The notes beneath the pieces are model-generated. The model did no database searches, was not told the DNA's origin, and saw only the letters and a program-made list of their open reading frames with translations. From assembly GCA_964402305.1 (NCBI GenBank), contig CAYOBS010000110.1:1-10462 (forward strand): a stretch of 10,462 nucleotides of DNA. The letters run 5' to 3'. The stretch is from an uncultured Planctomycetaceae bacterium (lineage in GTDB: Bacteria > Planctomycetota > Phycisphaerae > SM23-33). Shown piece after piece: positions 1 to 6,970 of this stretch (the stretch's first letter is position 1; each line of letters starts with the position of its first letter). Both the position numbers and the translations under genes were made by a program.

Positions 1-657
1 CAGCAGGTGCGGCGGATCGTCATCACCGCCTCCGGCGGCGCGCTTAGGGACTGGCCGGCGGAGAAGGTCCAGCAGGCCACGATCCAAGACGCCCTGAAGC
101 ACCCGACGTGGTCGATGGGCCGCAAGATCACCATCGACTCGGCCACGCTTATCAACAAGGCTCTTGAGGTGGTCGAGGCCCACTGGCTTTTCGACATGCC
201 GGCCGACCAGATCGACGTCGTGCTGCACGCCGAGTCAATCATTCATTCGTTCGTGGAGTATTGCGACGGTTCGGTCATCGCCCAGCTTGGCGAGCCGAGC
301 ATGGCCACGCCGATCTCGTACGCCCTTAGCTGGCCGGAGCGGTTCGAGCGGCAGGTTCCGCCGCTGGACCTGGCGGCGGCGGGCAGGCTGACTTTCTCGG
401 CCCTGACCGACCGGTTCGAGCGCGCGGTCCGCCTGGGACACCAGGCCGTTGACCGCGGCGGCCTGGCAGGGGCTGTCCTCAACGCGGCCAACGAGGCGGC
501 GGTCCAGGCGTTCCTGGCCGGGGCAGTGCGTTTCGGGCAAATCGTGCCGATGGTGGAAACCGTGTTGAACCAGACGCCGCCGACAGCCGAAGTAACCCTT
601 GATGCCCTGCTGCGCGCCGATGCCTGGGCCAGGCGGCAGGTTGAACAGCGGATATGA
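1..657 (+). CDS. dxr: 1-deoxy-D-xylulose 5-phosphate reductoisomerase (Dxr/IspC), C-terminal part; 5' end lies outside the window
   Basis: The frame is open from nt 1 and the stop is at 655-657. The translation contains the Dxr signature 'HPTWSMGRKITIDSATLINKALEVVEAHWLF' and the C-terminal helical domain. dxr is classically followed by rseP. Confidence 0.9.
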   Translation, partial: QQVRRIVITASGGALRDWPAEKVQQATIQDALKHPTWSMGRKITIDSATLINKALEVVEAHWLFDMPADQIDVVLHAESIIHSFVEYCDGSVIAQLGEPSMATPISYALSWPERFERQVPPLDLAAAGRLTFSALTDRFERAVRLGHQAVDRGGLAGAVLNAANEAAVQAFLAGAVRFGQIVPMVETVLNQTPPTAEVTLDALLRADAWARRQVEQRI

Positions 658-662
658 ACTCG

Positions 663-694
663 CCCGGCGGCCAGTCGCCGCCGGGTATTTTTAA
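663..694 (+). terminator. Intrinsic terminator-like hairpin between dxr and rseP (possible attenuator)
   Basis: The stem cccggcgg (663-670) pairs with ccgccggg (678-685). The loop is 5-7 nt. The T-tract 'tattttta' (686-693) follows immediately after the dxr stop. Confidence 0.5.
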
Positions 695-724
695 CCGGGG
701 CTTAACCAGCGCCGCGGAGTACAC

Positions 725-2866
725 ATGGACATGAACGTTTCGATACTTGCTGTGGTTGCCTCCGGGCTGGGCCTTGCCTGGCCGATCCTTCAGTTCATAA
801 TCGGCCTGGGCCTGATGGTCTTCGTCCACGAACTGGGGCACTTCCTGGCCGCAAAGTGGGTAGGGATAAGGGTCGAGCGGTTCGCGCTGGGGTTTGGCCC
901 GCGCGTCCTGGGCGTCAAGTGGGGAGAGACCGACTACTGCCTCAACCTGCTGCCGCTGGGCGGGTACATCAAGATGCTCGGCCAGGAGGACTTCGCCCCG
1001 CTCCAGGAGCAGAAGCAAGTCAACCCGCGATCCTACGAGGCCAAGAGCGTCGGCGCGCGGATGCTGGTCATCTCGGCCGGGGTGGTCATGAATGCCATCA
1101 CAGCCATAATAATGTTCGTCGTGATAGCCATGATCGGCTACGAGTTCCCGGCGCCCGTGCTGGGCAGCGTCAAGCCTCACTTCCCGGCATCGCAGGCCCG
1201 GATCACGTGGACCAAGGCGCCGGGCGCGACAACCCAGCCGGTGGTGACGGCGGGGCTGGAGGTCGGCGACCGCGTAACCGACGTTGACGGCAACGGCGTG
1301 ATGCCGGCGATCATCGGCCGGGAAATCAACCGCTTCGACCACTTGGCGATCATCTCGGCAATGAGCGACCGCGAGGACCGCTACAAGTTCACCATCGAGC
1401 GCCAGGTTGACGGCAACACGTGGGTCGGCACGGCCGACGTGGGCGTCAAGATGGGCGATGGGCGGCTTGAGTTCGGCCTCGGCCCGGCCAGGAGCACGGT
1501 GGTGGCCGAGGGCGAGACCAGCGCCATCAGGCCGCCCCAGGATCCCTTCCAGGACCAGGATCGCGTGATGGCGGTGGCCGGGCGGAAGATCGAGCATTCC
1601 TGGCAGGTCGAGCCGGCCCTGAAGGACGCCAACGGCCTTACCGTACACGTCACGGTCATGCGCGAGGGCAAGGCCGTCAACCTGACGGCCCCGCGGGTTA
1701 TCACCAACAAGATCACCGTCGCGTATCTGCCCGACGGCGCCAAGTTGAACCTGGAAGACTACGACATCAAGCTGAGTGACGGCAACATGGTGCTGGTCTC
1801 ATACGAGACCGGCAAGGAGCTTAAGTGCCCCAAGGACGATCTCCACATCATCGCGGCCGATCAGGGCCTCGACCTGCTCGGTTTGACGTCCAGGCTGATG
1901 GTGGCCGCCATCATGAAGGGCTCCCCGGCCGAGAAGATTGGACTGAAGCCCGGCGACATAGTCGTTCACTACGCCGACACGCCGCTGCCGACGAACAAGA
2001 ACCTGCACGAGATCAACGACAAAGCCGTCAAGGACGGCAAGAAGGACCTGACACTTGTGATCCAGCGCGAGGGCAAGCTGCTGGCGCCTTTGAAGATCAC
2101 GCCGGTCAAGAAGAACGGCCTGGCCGTGCTGGGATTCGTGCCGGGCCTTGACCTGGCGCAAACGATTGTCGCGCACGTAAGGCCCAAGTCGCCCGCGGCC
2201 CGGGCGGGCATCGAATCCGGATGCGTTATCGAGAAGGTCAACGGCCGAACCGTCAAGGACTGGGCGGAGCTTTACGCGGTCCTGAAGGACCAGGCCGGCA
2301 AGGACGTTACTCTGACGGTCCGCCGCTCAGCCAGGCCGGAGGCCGAACTGACCGAGGCGAAGATCGGCCTGCTGGACAGCAAGGCCTTCGACCCCGACGA
2401 CTACAACTTCGATATGTTCATCGGCAAGAGCAGGGGCTTCTTCGATCCCATCATGACCACCGTCCGCAAGGAAAGCCTCGGCGCGGCCTTGAAATGGTCG
2501 CTCCGCGAGTCGGCCGGCTTTATGATAAGCACCTACGTTTCGATCCGCAGCCTGGTGTTGGGGAACGTCTCGGCCGATCAGTTCGTCGGGCCTCTCGGGA
2601 TGGGCGGTATCGCCGTGCGAATGGCTGAGAGGGGCTTCATGCACTTCTTCTACTTCATGGCGATCATCTCGGCGGTGCTGGCGGTGATGAACTTCCTGCC
2701 CCTGCCCGTGGTCGACGGCGGGCACGCGGTGTTCCTGATTATCGAGAAGATCCGCGGCAAACCCCTGCCGATAAGGGCGATGAACATCACACAACTCATC
2801 GGCCTGATCCTGCTGGGCCTGGTGTTCCTGGCACTGACGTACCAGGACATAATGAGGTTCTTCTAG
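725..2866 (+). CDS. rseP: RseP-type site-2 protease (M50 zinc metalloprotease) with expanded PDZ-domain region, 713 aa
   Basis: GGAG lies 6 nt upstream of the ATG at 725. The sequence shows N-terminal TM helices with 'HELGHF' (HExxH), a C-terminal 'FLPLPVVDGGH' (LDG motif) and a terminal TM. The middle carries at least two PDZ-like segments ('MKGSPAEKIGLKPGDIVV...', 'RPKSPAARAGIESGCVIEKVNG'). The gene sits directly downstream of dxr. Confidence 0.9.
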   Translation: MDMNVSILAVVASGLGLAWPILQFIIGLGLMVFVHELGHFLAAKWVGIRVERFALGFGPRVLGVKWGETDYCLNLLPLGGYIKMLGQEDFAPLQEQKQVNPRSYEAKSVGARMLVISAGVVMNAITAIIMFVVIAMIGYEFPAPVLGSVKPHFPASQARITWTKAPGATTQPVVTAGLEVGDRVTDVDGNGVMPAIIGREINRFDHLAIISAMSDREDRYKFTIERQVDGNTWVGTADVGVKMGDGRLEFGLGPARSTVVAEGETSAIRPPQDPFQDQDRVMAVAGRKIEHSWQVEPALKDANGLTVHVTVMREGKAVNLTAPRVITNKITVAYLPDGAKLNLEDYDIKLSDGNMVLVSYETGKELKCPKDDLHIIAADQGLDLLGLTSRLMVAAIMKGSPAEKIGLKPGDIVVHYADTPLPTNKNLHEINDKAVKDGKKDLTLVIQREGKLLAPLKITPVKKNGLAVLGFVPGLDLAQTIVAHVRPKSPAARAGIESGCVIEKVNGRTVKDWAELYAVLKDQAGKDVTLTVRRSARPEAELTEAKIGLLDSKAFDPDDYNFDMFIGKSRGFFDPIMTTVRKESLGAALKWSLRESAGFMISTYVSIRSLVLGNVSADQFVGPLGMGGIAVRMAERGFMHFFYFMAIISAVLAVMNFLPLPVVDGGHAVFLIIEKIRGKPLPIRAMNITQLIGLILLGLVFLALTYQDIMRFF

Positions 2867-2870
2867 CGGA

Positions 2871-3134
2871 TTACTCCCCCGCGGCGTCGCGGGCATGGTC
2901 GACATACCAGCGCCAGCTCGGCATCTTTTCCTGGAGCCAGAGAAGTCCGGTGCCTTCGGCGACCGGCCCCTCGGTCGCCGGCTCCGCGGGCACAGGCCAA
3001 AAGCCCGTCCGGCCGGACTTGTCGCCATTCTTTCCCTTCGCTAATTCAGGCAGCCCGCTCGACATAGGCATATCCTCTGAGCACATTTCCCAACCCGTCC
3101 CCCCCGGCTCACAGGCCGGGAACCGTGGCAGCAT
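2871..3134 (-). CDS. Hypothetical small protein (87 aa), doubtful
   Basis: The ORF is convergent on the rseP stop. It lies in a lower-GC region (~55-58%) and has no recognisable motifs. It is Trp-rich at the C-terminus. It may be non-coding. Confidence 0.15.
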   Translation of the reverse strand: MLPRFPACEPGGTGWEMCSEDMPMSSGLPELAKGKNGDKSGRTGFWPVPAEPATEGPVAEGTGLLWLQEKMPSWRWYVDHARDAAGE

Positions 3135-3484
3135 GGCTTTGCATGCCGCCCCTGGTCTATTAACTATACGATACGGCGGCCGGGGTGACGCGCATCCCCG
3201 CGTTATTCGAGAAAGCCGAAGAAATGCAGCAAACCGATCCCAGACAAACCGGCCTTCCCATAGTTCTCTGACCGCATCCTTGCCAAAGCTCGATCTCTAT
3301 ATGAAGTAGACGCACGAGAAGCCCCCAGCTATCACGAAAAAACGCCCGGCATGCGCGCATCGCAGCCTGCAATTTGCGCAAATGCAGCAGAAGGCGGATG
3401 ATAGAGTTTGAAAAAAAACTTCGATTTCCCATCTGCCGCAGCCCCAAACGCGGCCCGGGCCACCTGGGCGACGGCAATCAAGTA

Positions 3485-4153
3485 TTAAAAAAACCGGCCG
3501 AAAACGTCCACGTGGCGGTCCGTAACTATTTCCACCTGAAGGGATTGCAGCCCGGCGGCATCGAGTTGACAGCGAAGTTCCTCTGCCGTGTACGCCGAAA
3601 GCAGCGAGCGGTAGTATTCCTCCCGCAGAATTGCCGACTCGTTGGCGGCGTATTGATCGACCAGTGCGCGGGCCTGGTTCTCGTCGGCCGGGCGGAACAG
3701 GTCGCGGAGCAACCAGGTCGCGCCGGGCTTGGCTATCCGCCTGGCCTCTGCCCAGAACGCGCCCGGATCGGCGACGTGATGGAGGATGCTGTTGGACAGC
3801 ACCACGTCGAATGACTTTCCCGGCAGATGCGTGTCGGCAGCGTCGGCGACCCGCCAGCGGAGCATTCGCGCCGCGCCGGCCTGCTCGCAGGCTTGGCGGG
3901 CGATGGCGATCATTGGCTTCGACGCGTCGACGCCGGTGAGGCGCCAGCCGGGGCATCGCCGGGCGATGCGGATGGGAATGTCGCCAGGCCCCGTACCGAG
4001 ATCGACAGCCAAGACCGCCTCATCCGGCCCGGCCGGGGCGAGGTCCAGCAGGCGGTCCACGAAGGCCTCGTTTACGGCGGCGAAGTCCGCGGCGGCATAT
4101 GCCTGGGCCTCGGCCAGGTCGTCCATGTACTGCGGCTCAGGTTTGCGCTGCAT
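3485..4153 (-). CDS. Class I SAM-dependent methyltransferase (Methyltransf_11/25-like)
   Basis: Motif I 'VLAVDLGTGPGD' and post-II 'FDVVLSNSILHHV' are present. The 222-aa size is typical of small-molecule or rRNA MTases. TAA stop at 3485-3487. Confidence 0.8.
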   Translation of the reverse strand: MQRKPEPQYMDDLAEAQAYAAADFAAVNEAFVDRLLDLAPAGPDEAVLAVDLGTGPGDIPIRIARRCPGWRLTGVDASKPMIAIARQACEQAGAARMLRWRVADAADTHLPGKSFDVVLSNSILHHVADPGAFWAEARRIAKPGATWLLRDLFRPADENQARALVDQYAANESAILREEYYRSLLSAYTAEELRCQLDAAGLQSLQVEIVTDRHVDVFGRFF

Positions 4154-4202
4154 GGTAACAACTCAAACTGCCCGATAGCATTTCGGTAGAGTCGAGACGC
4201 AC

Positions 4203-4264
4203 GGGACAGATACCTTTATTCCTTGGTATTTCCCGAAATACCGAGGAATAAAGGTATCTGTCCC
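4203..4264. repeat. 62-bp near-perfect palindrome (30-bp arms, 2-nt spacer, one T/C mismatch), AT-rich
   Basis: gggacagatacctttattccttggtatttc-cc-gaaataccgaggaataaaggtatctgtccc. It lies 54 bp downstream of the floT stop and 50 bp upstream of the methyltransferase start. No U-tract follows on either strand. Confidence 0.9.
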
Positions 4265-4317
4265 CGAAATGCCAAATCCGCAACCCGCCCCTCGACTTCG
4301 CTCGGGACTGCGCAATC

Positions 4318-5859
4318 TTACTTCTTGACCGGATGGAGCGTCTCGGGGCCTTCGTCCTTTTCTTTTTCTTTCTTACCGGCCGAGGCGGCGGAATCTTGCT
4401 TGGCGGCCTCGCGAGAGACCCGGCCGAGGAACTCGGGCAGGTCCAGGCCGATCTGCCTGGCGAGATCGTGCATGGGGGGCAGGACGCCCATCAGCCTGCC
4501 ACCCAGGCCGCTGAGGCCCCCGCCGCCGCCGCCGCCGCCGTCCCAGACGATTATCTTCTCGATCGGCAGTTCCTGGATCGCCTGGGCCTGGATGGTCGCC
4601 ACGTCGGTGAGCTTCTCGATGAGCAGCAGTGCCGCGGCCTGGTGGGCCGTCGTGCAGGCCTCGACCAGCCGGCGGTAGCCCTCGGCCTTGCCGGCCAGGA
4701 TGCTCTGCACGCCCTCGGCCTCGGCCTTCATCTTGGTCAGAAGGCCCTGTGCCTGACCTTCGGCAATGCGGATCGACTGCTGCTTCTCGGCCTCGGCGGC
4801 GATGACGACCCGCTCGCGCTCGGCGTTGGCTGGGACTACCACCTCGGCCTGGAGACGCGCCTGCTCGCGTGCGGCCTTGGCCTCCTCGGCCAGCTTCTGC
4901 GCCTTTTCCTGCGCCACGCGGATGGCGCCGTCGGCGGTCCGGCTGGACGACTCGCTCCGCTCGCGGGCCTGCTGCTCGGCCACCTGCTGGTTGGCGCGGT
5001 ACTGGGCCTTCTTGGCGTCGGCCTCCGTCTCCGACTCGACCGCCTGGGCATCCATCGCGGCCACCTGCTGGCGCTTGTTGCGGCCGGCCGCCGCCTCGCC
5101 GATGTTCGCCTCGCTATCGGCGCTGGCTATGGCAATGCGGGTGTCGCGCTGGCGTATGGCAACGCCCGTCTTGCCGGTCTTCTCCTGCTCGGCCACGTCG
5201 ATGTTGGCCTGGTTGATGGCCTCGGCCGCCGCCTTGCGCCCAAGGGCCATGATGTAGCCCGATTCGTCCTCGATGTCGCGGATGTTGACGTTGATCAGCG
5301 CGACGCCGATCTTCTCGAGCTCCACCGAGACCGCCTCGTTGACCTTGCCCAGGAACGCCTGGCGGTCGCGGTTGATGTCGTCGATCTTCATCGTCGCGAT
5401 GACCGCGCGCATCTGGCCGAGGATTATGTCCTGGGCCTGGGCCTGTATCTGCACGCGGGTAAGGCCCAGCAGGCGGATGGCGGCGTTTTCCATCACGCCG
5501 GGCTCGTTGGATATCGCGGCCGTAACCGTCGTCGGCACCGACACGCGGATATTCTCCTGGCTAAGCGCATTGGCCAGTTCGATCGGCACGACGAACGGCT
5601 CGAGGTCCAGGTAGTCGTACGCCTGGAACAGCGGCCAGACGAACGCCGCCCCACCGTGAACGCACTTGGCCGCACCCTGGCCGGTCTTGCCGTAGATCAC
5701 CATCACCCGGTTGGACGGGCAGCGGCGATAGCGGCTGAGGATGAACAGAATCAGCCCTATCCCGATGACCGCCAGCAGGATTAAAAGAAACGTCGCCACG
5801 GGAAAGTCGCTCCCGCTCCCGGCAAGCATCAGAGCGAGGAATCCATTACTCGATAGCAT
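4318..5859 (-). CDS. floT: Flotillin-like SPFH/band-7 protein (FloT/YuaG family), 513 aa
   Basis: The protein has an N-terminal TM followed by 'YRRCPSNRVMVIYGKTGQ'. It has an SPFH domain and a long EA-rich coiled-coil region ('AEQEKTGKTG...AEEAKAAREQARLQAE'). Gly8 occurs near the C-terminus. AAGGGA lies ~8 nt upstream. An nfeD gene sits immediately upstream. Confidence 0.9.
   Translation of the reverse strand: MLSSNGFLALMLAGSGSDFPVATFLLILLAVIGIGLILFILSRYRRCPSNRVMVIYGKTGQGAAKCVHGGAAFVWPLFQAYDYLDLEPFVVPIELANALSQENIRVSVPTTVTAAISNEPGVMENAAIRLLGLTRVQIQAQAQDIILGQMRAVIATMKIDDINRDRQAFLGKVNEAVSVELEKIGVALINVNIRDIEDESGYIMALGRKAAAEAINQANIDVAEQEKTGKTGVAIRQRDTRIAIASADSEANIGEAAAGRNKRQQVAAMDAQAVESETEADAKKAQYRANQQVAEQQARERSESSSRTADGAIRVAQEKAQKLAEEAKAAREQARLQAEVVVPANAERERVVIAAEAEKQQSIRIAEGQAQGLLTKMKAEAEGVQSILAGKAEGYRRLVEACTTAHQAAALLLIEKLTDVATIQAQAIQELPIEKIIVWDGGGGGGGGLSGLGGRLMGVLPPMHDLARQIGLDLPEFLGRVSREAAKQDSAASAGKKEKEKDEGPETLHPVKK
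4517..4541. repeat. (CCG/GGC)7-8 trinucleotide repeat encoding the Gly8 tract of the flotillin
   Basis: The sequence ccccgccgccgccgccgccgccg encodes 'WDGGGGGGGGLSG' on the minus strand. Confidence 0.8.
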
Positions 5860-5898
5860 TTTCGTGTCCCTTTCGTTTGTCTTGCTTTGCTTTGGCGA

Positions 5899-6555
5899 TT
5901 ATTTCGCCGAACTGTCGTCAATGCCGCCCGGCCGGACTTCCACACAGTTGATGTCCAGCAGCCGCGTTACGGTCACCGGCGAGCCGGCCTTGATGGCCTG
6001 GCTGCCGGCGGCGCGGGCCTTGACCATGGACACCACGCCGCTTACGGCCACGCGGACCTCGCCCCGGCCCCCGGCGGGGATGTCCATGTACACCGTGCCG
6101 GCCTGGCCGAGGGCTGTGCTCAGCCGGCGGGTGCCCGTCTCGGCCATTTTGCGAAGCCAGTGCAGCAGCACGGCCACCACGACCCATCCGGCAGCGCCCC
6201 AGACCACGGCCAGGATGAGGCTCTGGCTGGTGGACTTGCCGATGTTCAGATACAGCGCCCCGGCCCAGGTGAACAACGTAAAGAATGCCAGGATCGCCCG
6301 CACGCTGAGTATGTGGAACGCGACGGTGCTGTCAACCGCGTCGTGCAGGCTGTGGGCCTCGATGCCGTCGACGTGAACGTCGGCGCCCGCGCCCATGTCG
6401 GCGTTGGCCGCGTCTACGTGCATGTCAAAGTCCCCGCCGTGGCTCAGGCCGATGAGCATGCCCACGAACTGCCAGAGGAAGATCAGCGTGAAAAACGCCG
6501 CCCCGCCGTAAAAGAACTGGTTCAGAGCGGTAAGACTGTTCCACCATTCAGTCAT
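5899..6555 (-). CDS. nfeD: NfeD-family membrane protein (YuaF/YqiJ-like partner of flotillin), ~218 aa
   Basis: The start is chosen at the ATG at 6555 ('MTEWWNSLTALNQFFYGG'), with GGGAG 8 nt upstream. The longer ORF up to 6660 has a non-protein-like N-terminus. The protein has 3-4 TM helices and a C-terminal beta-rich OB-like segment ('GEVRVAVSGVVSMVKAR...VTVTRLLDINCVEV'). The gene is 40 bp upstream of floT. Confidence 0.75.
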   Translation of the reverse strand: MTEWWNSLTALNQFFYGGAAFFTLIFLWQFVGMLIGLSHGGDFDMHVDAANADMGAGADVHVDGIEAHSLHDAVDSTVAFHILSVRAILAFFTLFTWAGALYLNIGKSTSQSLILAVVWGAAGWVVVAVLLHWLRKMAETGTRRLSTALGQAGTVYMDIPAGGRGEVRVAVSGVVSMVKARAAGSQAIKAGSPVTVTRLLDINCVEVRPGGIDDSSAK

Positions 6556-6701
6556 AGCTGGACTCCCTGTCGTACTTGTCCGCCCGGTGCGCCCTTTGCG
6601 CCCTTGACTTCGGGCTCCTGCCACGCCGGGCCTGTCGCGGGAAATGCCCCGACACGGCATACCCTAACGTCCTTCCGCGCCGTAAGCAACCACGAATCGA
6701 C

Positions 6702-6739
6702 GCCGAATCCGCGAACTTCCGCCGAATCCGCAAACTTCC
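6702..6739. repeat. Tandem direct repeat 2 x 19 bp (gccgaatccgc[g/a]aacttcc)
   Basis: Two adjacent copies differ at one position. They lie in the 415-bp spacer ~150-185 bp upstream of the nfeD start and contain the AATCCGC heptamer. Confidence 0.85.
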
Positions 6740-6970
6740 CCCAAACCGGGCGCGAAGCCCGTTCGTCGCCGGGGCTGGCGCTGACTGGCAGCAGGCCAAG
6801 GGAAAACGGCCTGCCGGAGGCCTGCCAGACCGGTGCGGAAGTCGAAGTCGCAGTCGCCGCCGGGCGCGTCGTGGCTGACGGGGCGGATGCAGGCGCCGCC
6901 GCACCCAGGCATACGGGCATCATCAGAATAATTGACGCCCAGCAAATGACAGGGCATTGCCCCCGGCGGA

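Noticed and set aside
340-425. tRNA-like 'GGTTCGAGCG' T-loop-like strings
   Set aside because: They lie within the well-supported dxr reading frame, and no cloverleaf arms (acceptor or anticodon stems) are present.
2871-2895. cccgcggcgtcgcggg hairpin after the rseP stop as terminator
   Set aside because: The stem is only 6 bp and no U-tract follows, so it is weak.
2867-3484. Searched by eye for SRP RNA, tmRNA and RNase P RNA conserved boxes in the large spacer
   Set aside because: No GGAAGCAGCCA, GGGGCUGAUUCUGGAUUCGACG or GNAANNUCGGGC-type signatures were found. An sRNA cannot be excluded without covariance-model search.
4333-5784. 483-aa plus-strand ORF antisense to floT. Similar long ORFs: 479..1648(-) antisense to rseP, 5887..7107(+), 6998..8716(+) and 7392..8240(-).
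   Set aside because: The translations are R/G/L/H/P-rich with no motifs and no plausible starts. Each one exactly shadows a well-supported gene on the opposite strand. This is the typical stop-codon-poor artefact of >65% GC DNA.
6556-6660. Longer N-terminus for NfeD (ORF open to 6660)
   Set aside because: The extension 'MPCRGISRDRPGVAGARSQGRKGRTGRTSTTGSPA' is not protein-like. The ATG at 6555 has a GGGAG Shine-Dalgarno at proper spacing and is followed directly by a hydrophobic TM segment.
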